Source: a virus
Strand: one strand, 5' to 3'
Virus record (IMG/VR): IMGVR_UViG_3300044801_000206
Location: 2,606 to 66,605 of that record
DNA length: 64,000 bases
The notes below the pieces were generated by a model. That model had not been told where the DNA came from and made no database searches. It saw only the letters and a list, made by a program, of their open reading frames with translations. Below are positions 40,822-49,374 of the stretch, in pieces. Both the position numbers and the translations under genes were made by a program. Every line of letters starts with the position of its first letter. Within the stretch, counting starts at the first letter, position 1.

Positions 40822-41100
40822 TTACTTCTCCTTTCTGCTTACGAACGCATCGCCGGGTTCGAAAGTCCGGGCTCCCATCCCTCCTAAAAGATTTTGGCCA
40901 CGCTGAATGTCCGCGTGGTCCTCGTCACGTTGCGCCCAATCATCCGGGCCGATCTCGCCAGGATGATCTTCTCGCCATTTGCAGCGAGCCTCGCACCGGT
41001 CCTGCGCCTCCGACATCGCCTGTAATGCAGGCTGACCTCCAGCGTGGTCCGGCTTCGTGTTCGGGCTTCCGTACGGCCCGCTGTCTGGTAGAATTGCCAT
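40822..41100 (-). CDS. Hypothetical protein
   Basis: AGGAG RBS. Tight operon packing. Confidence 0.6.
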   Translation of the reverse strand: MAILPDSGPYGSPNTKPDHAGGQPALQAMSEAQDRCEARCKWREDHPGEIGPDDWAQRDEDHADIQRGQNLLGGMGARTFEPGDAFVSRKEK

Positions 41101-41119
41101 CGTTAATCTCCTCTCTTAA

Positions 41120-41911
41120 TCAATACGCCCCGCAACTGAACACCATCACATCTCCACTCGTAGTTGTGATTGTTGGGAAGGTTGCTGAAGTCGCCGTGCT
41201 GGACAGATTCATGTAGCTAGCCCCAGTGCCAACGTTATGGTCTGAAACCAAGCAGGCATAACCATTAGTGGCAGCCGGAAGTGCCGTAAGGACAGGCGTG
41301 CAGCTTGTAGCGCCGCTGGTGAATGTCCCGTAAATGGCCCCGCCAACTTGAGTGGCAATCGTCCCACAGCCCGTCACCGTGGGCTTTGTGCCGGCCGAGA
41401 TGAACCCCCCGGTGACAGTACCGCCTGCCGCATTCACCATGCCGGTAGAATTCACCGTTGGCGCCGTCGTGCTGTCGCCGGTCCATCCGTAGTCATTTAC
41501 GCTCGCGAGGCACCCGATATTCGTGCTTACAGCGGCTTTGCCTGTGCTCGTTGGCGGCCCCGCCCCTGTCACCGTCCGCCACACTGTCCAACTGGAAGCG
41601 TTTGCTGCACAAACGTGGCTGATCATGTTGAATTGGGTGGCGTTCAAAAATACCGGGCCTGCTGTGGCCGAACCTGTTGCACTGCCAGCATTGCTGGTGC
41701 CATCCGGCAGGTTGTCGGCAACCACGTAGGACCAAGTGTGCGAACACCCGCTGAAGCATACCGGCGTGATAGTCGGTGTAGCGGCCGGACTAGCGAGTGC
41801 AGTGGCAGTGATTGACCCCACTTTCAGCGCCATACTTGGCTGATTCTGGTAATTGGGGGGCTGCGCCAAAGCAGCCGCTGCACATAACGCGATGATCGCT
41901 AACAGTCTCAT
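41120..41911 (-). CDS. Secreted Thr/Gly/Cys-rich protein
   Basis: Signal peptide MRLLAIIALCAAAALAQ. GGAG RBS before ATG at 41911. Confidence 0.7.
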   Translation of the reverse strand: MRLLAIIALCAAAALAQPPNYQNQPSMALKVGSITATALASPAATPTITPVCFSGCSHTWSYVVADNLPDGTSNAGSATGSATAGPVFLNATQFNMISHVCAANASSWTVWRTVTGAGPPTSTGKAAVSTNIGCLASVNDYGWTGDSTTAPTVNSTGMVNAAGGTVTGGFISAGTKPTVTGCGTIATQVGGAIYGTFTSGATSCTPVLTALPAATNGYACLVSDHNVGTGASYMNLSSTATSATFPTITTTSGDVMVFSCGAY

Positions 41912-41947
41912 GTAAGCTCTCCGTGTCCGCCCGGCGGACAATCAAAA

Positions 41948-43132
41948 TCAATATGGCCCGGACCCCCAAAACGCGCCGAGTTGGGGATCATTCAACTGCC
42001 ATGTATCAAAGTTTCCAGGCACGCCGTTCCACCAGTTGCCTTTCATGGCTTGCAGCACCTTGGCTTCGTCAGCGTTACGCGCCTCCTGTAAAGCCACTTG
42101 GAATTTTCCCTCGTAGTATTTCGCCCCTTCTGGGTCGTAATAAGGGTCATCTTTTCTGGTGCGCGACATCTTGGCATCCGCCACAGCGCCATAGTACAGG
42201 ATCGACGGGTTGATAAACGGTGGCGGCCTGTCGGTGTCTTTGATCATTTCTGGCCATTGCTTCCAGTAAGCGTAACTGAACTGCCGTTGATTAGGCGGAG
42301 CCGGCCATAACTCGTACATTGCGTTGCCCTGATCGTTAGCTCCCCAATCCACCAGGCTGTACCAGGGGTTCCCAGCCACTATTGTCCGCTGCGGATCCCG
42401 GAAGTCAGCCTCTTGTAGAGCAACGTGCAATCGAACAGGATACCCGGTGGCCTCATCCTTCATGGCGATGATGGCCTTCAAATCGCTGGCCAGTGTAACG
42501 TACATGAGTTGGATCTTGTACGCAACGTTGGTGAGCGGCGGTCCACCCCATGGCAGGGTCAAGATCAGCGTGCCATTACCGGATCCACCTGGGTCAAGAT
42601 AAGTCACCGCTGCGACGGTAAACGTCGGGTAGGATTCGCCGGGCCGGAACTGCTGATTCGCCAAAGAAGACTGCGTAATCGTGCAGGGGCCATTGTGCAT
42701 TTTGGTGAAGTTGGCGATGAAGCTGGTGCGGTTCAATTGAACTACCGACACGATCTCCGGGGTGCCACCCGCGTCCACGTACAACCGGCTGTCTGCGGTA
42801 AGCCCCTGCATGGACGCTGGCGTGACTTCCACATACCCGAACTCCGGCACGCCCGCTGCGATAACCGTATTTACTACGTCAGCGACTGGCCAGAAACTGC
42901 CTGTGCCAGCAACTGTCGCGCTGCCGGTGGTAGTGCTCATCGTGCCGGTCATGGTCGCGCCGGGGAATGACAAGATCCCGAAGGTCAACAAGTCGGCCCA
43001 AAACGTACGATTATCCATGATCTGCCGCAAACGATCGCTGATAGCGTTGTTGACAAAATCCGGGGTGACTTCAGGGCGAGTATTGAGAACTCTGCCGCGG
43101 ATCCGAAAAAGATCGTCTCGAAATTGGCTCAC
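41948..43132 (-). CDS. Putative adaptor/tail tubular protein with inserted beta-rich domain
   Basis: YELWPAP..YAYWKQWPEM..LYYGAVADA pattern. Lies after the capsid genes. Confidence 0.6.
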   Translation of the reverse strand: MSQFRDDLFRIRGRVLNTRPEVTPDFVNNAISDRLRQIMDNRTFWADLLTFGILSFPGATMTGTMSTTTGSATVAGTGSFWPVADVVNTVIAAGVPEFGYVEVTPASMQGLTADSRLYVDAGGTPEIVSVVQLNRTSFIANFTKMHNGPCTITQSSLANQQFRPGESYPTFTVAAVTYLDPGGSGNGTLILTLPWGGPPLTNVAYKIQLMYVTLASDLKAIIAMKDEATGYPVRLHVALQEADFRDPQRTIVAGNPWYSLVDWGANDQGNAMYELWPAPPNQRQFSYAYWKQWPEMIKDTDRPPPFINPSILYYGAVADAKMSRTRKDDPYYDPEGAKYYEGKFQVALQEARNADEAKVLQAMKGNWWNGVPGNFDTWQLNDPQLGAFWGSGPY

Positions 43133-43148
43133 GTTTTTGCCCTATAAT

Positions 43149-43190
43149 AAAAACCCCGTGCGGAGGTGCCGGAACTCCTCTCGCACGGGG
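43149..43190 (-). terminator. Intrinsic terminator after capsid/decoration genes
   Basis: CCCCGTGCG...CGCACGGGG stem followed by TTTTT on the - strand. Confidence 0.7.
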
Positions 43191-43234
43191 CGATGTCTCC
43201 GCAATCCGCGAAGCCTAAATTGTCTCAGCCGTCT

Positions 43235-43474
43235 TCAGGTCTGAAGCAGACCGTAGCCCTTCCAGGTACTAGTACTTCCGTCGGCGCCTGCCGTTGTACA
43301 AATCCAACCAAGGTAGGACGCACCGCCTGCGGCCGGCGCCGTGTTCCAAACGATGTCGCCGATCTTGTAGGGTCCTGTATCTGTGGCCGCCGAAGGAGCC
43401 GCTGTGCCCCAGTATTCGACCAGATTGAGGTCATTGCGATACTGTCGATGTTGCCGATATGGTTCGAGAGCCAT
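43235..43474 (-). CDS. Small putative capsid decoration protein
   Basis: GDIVWNTAPAAGG..GWICTTAG motif. AAGGAG RBS. Confidence 0.6.
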   Translation of the reverse strand: MALEPYRQHRQYRNDLNLVEYWGTAAPSAATDTGPYKIGDIVWNTAPAAGGASYLGWICTTAGADGSTSTWKGYGLLQT

Positions 43475-43536
43475 AAGCGTTTCTCCTTACGTGCCGTTTG
43501 TTTCAATCCACGCGCCCAACGGAGGGCGTGACTTCG

Positions 43537-43995
43537 TTACGTGCCGAGGTATCCGCCGCCGGCCGTGCCCACCAAGTTCTCCATGAGCAGCATTTCCACG
43601 TCGATGAACAACGTGCCAGCGGTCAGGCCGCTGAGGTTGTTGGTGGTCGAGGTGAAGAATGCCTGAAGAGTGTCGGCCGCATAGGTCGCTGCCAACGCAG
43701 CAGCGGCTGCCGCGAGGAATTGAGTGTCTCCTACGGCGTGGAACACATCGGTAGTCGCCGAGAAGGTGGTTGCCGAACCAGCCGCACAGCCGATCGAACA
43801 GGTGACTGCCGTTTCGCCGCCACCCGTGAAGGCCACGTTGGTTTTCATCCGGACGCTTTTGACGAGCGAACCGATGGGCAACGTGTCCAGGGCGACGGTA
43901 GCAGTCTTGGCCGCTGCCGTTGCATCGGTGAAGGTCACGGTGTACCGCATCAGGACGGAGCCGGGGCCCATGGTCATCAATTGAGTCTTTGTCAT
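43537..43995 (-). CDS. Putative capsid decoration/cement protein
   Basis: Follows the major capsid gene. LPIGSLV..V...VAFTGG beta-sandwich pattern. Confidence 0.6.
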   Translation of the reverse strand: MTKTQLMTMGPGSVLMRYTVTFTDATAAAKTATVALDTLPIGSLVKSVRMKTNVAFTGGGETAVTCSIGCAAGSATTFSATTDVFHAVGDTQFLAAAAAALAATYAADTLQAFFTSTTNNLSGLTAGTLFIDVEMLLMENLVGTAGGGYLGT

Positions 43996-44021
43996 AGTCT
44001 TTCTCCCTTTCGGTCTCCTCC

Positions 44022-44996
44022 TTAGAACAGCGTTGTGCTCGTCAGTTTGAAGCAGGTACGGGCGCCCGGCACCAGCAGCGTGGTTCCTGCGAGGAACTGT
44101 CCAGCGGTGTCGATGCCCAACTGGGTTCCTTTGAACCCGGTGAACCCGAAGTTGAACAACGGGTTGGCTGAGAAAAACCACTCGATGCCCTCGGAGCAGA
44201 GGCCCCACATGCGGCCGGCGGTCCCGGTTGGCGCGTAGGGGTCCATGACCACTTCGGCCTGATTGACCCGGACGGTAGCAAAGCCAGCTTGCGCCACGTC
44301 GGAAACCGTGTCCACATGCTGCTGCATCGGTTGCAGCGAATTCCAGACCAGATCCCAGCCGTTACGAGTTGCGGCTACTAGATCCACATGCTTGGTCCCA
44401 ACCCAAGCCTGCGTGCAGGCCTTGTTGAGATCCTTCAATGTGAAGCCGGTGAGCGCCGCCGTGTAGGCATTCATGCCGAGGATCACGCCGGCTGCGGCGA
44501 TATCTGCTCGGGTGATGCCGCCAATGGTGGTGAAGAGAGTGCCATCATCCACCCACTCTTCGAGGCCCGTCAGGTTGCGGTTGCGGCCTAACGTCGAAGA
44601 CGTGAGGTACAAGTCCTGCGCCAGCAACTCAGCCATTTCGGCGGAGGCGTTGGCAAACTTCAAGTCCACTTCGTTGAACACTGCCATGTCGCCGTCGTTG
44701 TTCATGGCGTTGAAGCCAACCAACGGCACATTGACCAGATAGAGACGCATGGGAACTTGCAGAGCAGTTTCCGTCGTCACGATCTGGGAAGGGGCACCCT
44801 CGCCGGGCCCAACCGCAGCGCCGGCCAGCTTGCCGATGATGAGCGGGCGCTGGACCAGAAGTCCGCCACGGAAGGTGTTGCGCCGCTGCTTTGACAACCG
44901 TACGAATACGGGGCTTGATTGGTACACCGTGTCGGTGGCCTTCCCCACAATCAGGTTGTGCGTGTAAGCGTTAATGCCCGGAATCGGGACTGCCAT
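44022..44996 (-). CDS. Major capsid protein
   Basis: 324 aa after the scaffold gene. DTVYQSSP..GG..QRP, LTGL..VD, IGGITR, VVMDPYAP motifs. Confidence 0.8.
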   Translation of the reverse strand: MAVPIPGINAYTHNLIVGKATDTVYQSSPVFVRLSKQRRNTFRGGLLVQRPLIIGKLAGAAVGPGEGAPSQIVTTETALQVPMRLYLVNVPLVGFNAMNNDGDMAVFNEVDLKFANASAEMAELLAQDLYLTSSTLGRNRNLTGLEEWVDDGTLFTTIGGITRADIAAAGVILGMNAYTAALTGFTLKDLNKACTQAWVGTKHVDLVAATRNGWDLVWNSLQPMQQHVDTVSDVAQAGFATVRVNQAEVVMDPYAPTGTAGRMWGLCSEGIEWFFSANPLFNFGFTGFKGTQLGIDTAGQFLAGTTLLVPGARTCFKLTSTTLF

Positions 44997-45021
44997 AGCT
45001 GTCTCTCCTTAAACCCGCGTT

Positions 45022-45819
45022 CTACTGCACTGGACCGAAATCACCGCGTCGGTACGCCTCGTATCCAAGCGCTGCCAACTCACCGGTCCCAGGTTTTGCC
45101 GAGGCGATTTTCGCCTTGAACTCATCCGAGACCTTTGCCGGCGCTCCCACATGGGCCGTAATCCCGGCGATGCCTCCGGTTTGATCCGTTGGCAACACGC
45201 CATTGGGCCCCATTGCTCTTTCCTGGGCTGCTTTGGCGTAGCCCCTTTGCTCTGCGGCTGCAAGATCTGCCGCAGTCTTTGTTTCCAATTCTTTCTGTGC
45301 GTTCGCCGCGATCTCCGCCCGCTTCTCGGCGACCATCTTGTCGTAGGCCACATCCGGGTCCTGGATGCCGGTATTGACGATGACTTCTCTCAACTTGGCG
45401 GGATCAAGGCTTTCACCGAACTCCTTCTGGTGCGCGAAGGCTTTCTTCGTCACAGCCTCATAGAAGTAGTTCATCCCGTTGATCTTGTCCTGGAAATCCT
45501 TCGCGGTGGACTTCTTGATATCGTCCAGCCGGGCCTGGAGTTTCGTGTCCAACTGCTGGTCGTCTACCGTGCCGACGCCGGCCGCCAGGCGGGCTTGTGC
45601 AGCGTCGAGATCAGCGCGCAACTGCTTCTCCACCTTGGTCATGCCAGCCTGCGGGTCCCAGTTTTCCTTCTGCCAGTTCACCCACGATCCGGCAAAGTTA
45701 GCTGTGGTCGCGAGATCGGATTCCATCTTGGCTACCGATGCCTGCAACTCTGGGTACTTCTTCAGAACTGCTTGATCTTCCGTCGGAACTTTTGCTAAGA
45801 ATTCGTCAAAAAAACTCAC
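45022..45819 (-). CDS. Capsid scaffolding protein
   Basis: Helical, charged, directly upstream of the capsid gene. GGAGG lies 9 nt before the GTG at 45819. Confidence 0.7.
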   Translation of the reverse strand: MSFFDEFLAKVPTEDQAVLKKYPELQASVAKMESDLATTANFAGSWVNWQKENWDPQAGMTKVEKQLRADLDAAQARLAAGVGTVDDQQLDTKLQARLDDIKKSTAKDFQDKINGMNYFYEAVTKKAFAHQKEFGESLDPAKLREVIVNTGIQDPDVAYDKMVAEKRAEIAANAQKELETKTAADLAAAEQRGYAKAAQERAMGPNGVLPTDQTGGIAGITAHVGAPAKVSDEFKAKIASAKPGTGELAALGYEAYRRGDFGPVQ

Positions 45820-45833
45820 GGTCAAATTCCTCC

Positions 45834-45951
45834 TTGACACTCCCCACGGCTGAAGCCGGGGGATTCACAGTTCAACACCGACTGCCTCCAACTGCGGAGG
45901 TCTTACACCGGCTCCCTGTGCGTTTAAACTCTTCGCGTGCCCCGCGACGAG
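45834..45951 (-). ncRNA. Orphan omegaRNA scaffold of element B TnpB, followed by new guide GGAGGAATTTGACCGTGAG
   Basis: 118-bp exact reverse-complement copy of 7280-7397. Preceded by TTAC+C. Confidence 0.8.
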
Positions 45952-45966
45952 GGTAATCCGACCTTG

Positions 45967-46045
45967 GGTAGTGGGTCACTTTGGCCCTTCTGCCGAAACG
46001 CCGACAACGCTCCTACCGAGCGCGTTCTCGCCTAAAGCGAGAATA
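45967..46045 (-). ncRNA. Orphan 3' scaffold of element D TnpB, followed by new guide CAAGGTCGGATTACC
   Basis: 79-bp exact copy of 39257-39335, including the right inverted repeat. Confidence 0.75.
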
Positions 46046-46103
46046 CTGGCTTGATGGTTAAAGCCATCCAATACCTTCTGTCCTTCTCCGAGTTGGGAAA
46101 AGT

Positions 46104-46112
46104 ATCGTAGCA
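46104..46112 (-). promoter_or_regulatory. Possible extended -10 promoter (TGCTACGAT) upstream of the omegaRNA tandem and scaffold gene
   Basis: TGnTAnnAT match only. Confidence 0.3.
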
Positions 46113-46117
46113 TCACG

Positions 46118-46477
46118 TTACATCGCCGGCTGTGCCCCTGGAATGTTGCCAGGGAGATTTGGCGGCACCGACCCGACCACCTGTGGACTCGGGTTAGCGG
46201 TTCGTTGTCTTAAGTTTGCAATTTCCGATTGCATAGCCTTGCCTGCTTGGGCAATCGGTACCATGAGAGTCCCCAGCGCTGGGTTGACCTGAGTAAGCAG
46301 TGGCGCGGTTTCGGCCGCCCACTGTTCCAGTTGCGCCATCTTCCCTTCCAAAACAGAGATCGGGTCCGGGAGTGAAGCACCCATTTGCCCGAACATTGGC
46401 GCCGCGGATTGCTGCTGTTGGGCCTGGACTTGCGGCGGAAGCGGTGGGATTGCCGTCATTTGACCGGCTAGTGCCAT
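46118..46477 (-). CDS. Pro/Gln-rich hypothetical head-morphogenesis protein
   Basis: GAGGA RBS. Operon position. Confidence 0.6.
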   Translation of the reverse strand: MALAGQMTAIPPLPPQVQAQQQQSAAPMFGQMGASLPDPISVLEGKMAQLEQWAAETAPLLTQVNPALGTLMVPIAQAGKAMQSEIANLRQRTANPSPQVVGSVPPNLPGNIPGAQPAM

Positions 46478-46488
46478 GTCAGGAATCC

Positions 46489-46749
46489 TCAGACCTCACC
46501 CTTGTCGGTCGGATACGTGCTCCCGTAGGGCGTGACGTGCTTGTCCTTAATGAGCCCCTGCTCGCCGATCATGTCAATGCCGCTCATGCCCTTCCCGCTT
46601 TGCTCGGACGGTTCGGGGGCGTGCTTCATCTCCAAGTGCGACCCGCCGTACATCTCGATGTCTCCTTCGGAGCCACCTTTTTGTACGTGCCCTTCCTCGG
46701 ATTTGCTCATCGACAAGCCGGAACCGCCAAGCATTTCAATGTCGGCCAT
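46489..46749 (-). CDS. Small protein with internal DIEMxGGS repeats
   Basis: DIEMLGGS / DIEMYGGS / IDMIGEQ. Confidence 0.6.
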   Translation of the reverse strand: MADIEMLGGSGLSMSKSEEGHVQKGGSEGDIEMYGGSHLEMKHAPEPSEQSGKGMSGIDMIGEQGLIKDKHVTPYGSTYPTDKGEV

Positions 46750-46949
46750 AAACTGCCCTCGCCTTAAAGATTAGCCGGATGCTATTGAATCGTCTATGTT
46801 TACCTTTTCCATAGACAGTTCAACCGATGAATTGGTATACGGCATGGCTGCGATTGTGGCCGTGCCGCTTGCAGATGGGCGTATAGGCTGTAAACTTTAT
46901 CTGTCCGCCGGGCGGACATTCAGTGAACCATCGCCAAGGGCTTGCTGTT

Positions 46950-49370
46950 TCAGTGCCACACCCCGCTGAATAGCCCCATGATGACCGTCAGGACGGGTCC
47001 ACCGCCTGCGCCAATTGTGGTCCAAATACCGGCGAGCGCGGCCGCGATGGGGGTAATGGCGTTGCCATTGCTGCCTGAAGCCCACGTGTACGTCTCACCG
47101 CCGCAGGTGTACGCGTTGATCGGCGCAGAGCACGCTACCGCGCCACTCACGTTCTCGTGCCCGTCGTAAGCGTTATCCAGCGGTGAGACGAGGCCGTAGT
47201 TCGTATTCTCGCCCGTAGTATCCGGGTAGGCCCAGAACTTGATCCCCATGATTTGATAAGAAGTTCCACCAGTGCCACGATTCGCGATAGCCCCTGTTAT
47301 TTCCGATGCCATCGTCGCGCCGCGAAGTGGCTGGGTGGGAAACTGCTGACTAGCCTCGGCATCGCCAGCGCCACTAGACGCAAACGGTGAATCTGGGTTG
47401 GCCGTCACCCCCTCCCAGGCGTCCATGATGGGCTTGTCGCTCAAGCCCCACGTCACCAGCAGATTAAGAAGAGGCTGCGTAATCTGACTGAACGTCAGGA
47501 AATCTGCGTGGGCCGCCATGCCTTGTACGAGTTGTTTACGCGGGCATCCTTGGTGACCACCGGCCCCGGACTCCTGCCCGATAATCAGCTTGCCGGGGAA
47601 ATAGGGCCGAATCGCCTCAATAGTGTTCGTGTAATACGCATCGGCATAGTTGTAGAGCCAGTTGCTCAAGTCGGTCCAAACGTTGGCATTGGCTGCCGGA
47701 AGACCAGCCGCATTTCCCGGCTTGGCGAGCATACCATCTGTTGTCCCCAACCATCCGGTATGCGAACCGTTTTCGTCGGCAAGGGTGGTGCCAACTGCAA
47801 ACCCGTTCACATCGTAGTCAACCGTCACCGTGTGCGTTCCCGGAAACGGGGTAGTGTAATAATATTGAAATTGGATCCAGTAAGAAGATGGAATTGCCGG
47901 GGTAATCGTGAGGGACGTAATTGTCCCAGCAGAGTAGTTGATTGTACCTGTGACACTGTACGGGCTGTTGGGGCAGGTGGTGGTGTAGACTTCCCAGGAA
48001 TTCCCTGCTCCTGCGTCGTCAGTAATACGGCAGTCAGGAGCGGAATTTCCGCTACTTCCTTCTAGCCGTATCTCTATCGTTCCTGGAACTACATTGGCAT
48101 TTCCAAAATTGATTGTTCCCCAGGACGTGCTGCCGGTACCTTGTAAGTTGAACTGTCCGTAGTTGGTAGGCGACAGCGTGAGATTTCCATTGGAGTAGTT
48201 GATTGTCCCGTGGATTCCGGTCACCCCATCCGGCCACTGGCCTACGATGGCACCCGTCGATGGATTTGGATCGGTCATCATTGGAACACCGTCTACTTTA
48301 ATAAGCAGGGATTCAGGCGAGATGCCGGAATGAGCCAACGTATGGGAAAGGCTCGTCACCGTGTTATTCGTTGTTCCGACTGTCTCTCCCGTATAGCGCG
48401 TGGCAGCCGTGTTGAAGGCGGTGTAACTGCTTCCCCATGCAGCGTTCAAGGCCGCGATGGTGGTGTACTTGGTCTGGAGATATGAGACCAAATTGTTCTT
48501 TGCGTAGACTTCTGGATTCGTGAAGATCCAGTTCAGGCCATTGTAAACGTTAGTGGTGTCCTGCCACTGAGCATAGAAATTCAAAGGAGACGCCAACGCA
48601 ATCCAGCCGATGTGGGAATGGTAATCGGCATCCGGGGTCACGCAGTCGTCCGGCCCCGGCCCGAATCCATACATATAGTCGGCGTCACTAATCGACATCG
48701 CGACAAGATAAGCATTTACGTATGCCTGTCCGTAGGGGTCATATTGCAAATTGCCGGGAGCTAGCCGAGCCGCTACGAAACCCGTCAAGTAGGGAGCGAG
48801 GTTGGGGTCAAAGCCGTCGGCCACATTCGCATGCCACCCCGTGTAGTAGCCTGCTGCTTGATCCAAATCCTTCACCGCGTCGGTGGGGAGGATTTGACTA
48901 CTAATCATGGCGCGCCTGCCAATGGCGTCGTAGGGAAAGTTCTCACCATCAAAGTACGGGATATGCTCGTTTAGTGACCCTGTGTTCATATCCGCCAAGA
49001 GGCCGATGTCATAATCTTCGCCCATGCAGTTAAATCCCCAGCCAGTGTAACGGTCCAGGGCGGCTTTCTCCCAGTTCAATTCGGTTCCATACTTTACCGT
49101 CACGTTCAGACTGGTAGGCTTGGTAAGACCGAATTGAGTCGCGCACCAAAGCCCGTGCCCAGCCGGTGTGGTGAACATCCAGCGCTGCCCTCCGTTGATG
49201 GTGTACTTCTCAACGCCCCATTTTCCACTGATGCTGCCGGGGGACGGATATGCCTTCACTCCGCCGTAGATGTCACAGCCGCCGTTCGCAGTCGCCCACG
49301 ACGAGCATGGAGCAACGACTTGAGTGCTGCCAAGACTCGCAAACAAAAGCAATAAAGCAAAAGGCTTCAT
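46950..49370 (-). CDS. Secreted glycoside hydrolase-like protein (GH50/GH42-like) with inserted domain
   Basis: Signal peptide. RWMFTTPAG, WGFNCMG, DGFDP, YLQTKYTTIAALNAAWG, YYTNTIEAIR, GENTNYGLVS. Confidence 0.65.
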   Translation of the reverse strand: MKPFALLLLFASLGSTQVVAPCSSWATANGGCDIYGGVKAYPSPGSISGKWGVEKYTINGGQRWMFTTPAGHGLWCATQFGLTKPTSLNVTVKYGTELNWEKAALDRYTGWGFNCMGEDYDIGLLADMNTGSLNEHIPYFDGENFPYDAIGRRAMISSQILPTDAVKDLDQAAGYYTGWHANVADGFDPNLAPYLTGFVAARLAPGNLQYDPYGQAYVNAYLVAMSISDADYMYGFGPGPDDCVTPDADYHSHIGWIALASPLNFYAQWQDTTNVYNGLNWIFTNPEVYAKNNLVSYLQTKYTTIAALNAAWGSSYTAFNTAATRYTGETVGTTNNTVTSLSHTLAHSGISPESLLIKVDGVPMMTDPNPSTGAIVGQWPDGVTGIHGTINYSNGNLTLSPTNYGQFNLQGTGSTSWGTINFGNANVVPGTIEIRLEGSSGNSAPDCRITDDAGAGNSWEVYTTTCPNSPYSVTGTINYSAGTITSLTITPAIPSSYWIQFQYYYTTPFPGTHTVTVDYDVNGFAVGTTLADENGSHTGWLGTTDGMLAKPGNAAGLPAANANVWTDLSNWLYNYADAYYTNTIEAIRPYFPGKLIIGQESGAGGHQGCPRKQLVQGMAAHADFLTFSQITQPLLNLLVTWGLSDKPIMDAWEGVTANPDSPFASSGAGDAEASQQFPTQPLRGATMASEITGAIANRGTGGTSYQIMGIKFWAYPDTTGENTNYGLVSPLDNAYDGHENVSGAVACSAPINAYTCGGETYTWASGSNGNAITPIAAALAGIWTTIGAGGGPVLTVIMGLFSGVWH

Positions 49371-49374
49371 GGTG

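Noticed and set aside
45820-45840. ORF-track start of the scaffold gene at 45840
   Set aside because: That start lies inside the inserted IS end. The GGAGG spacing favours the GTG at 45819.
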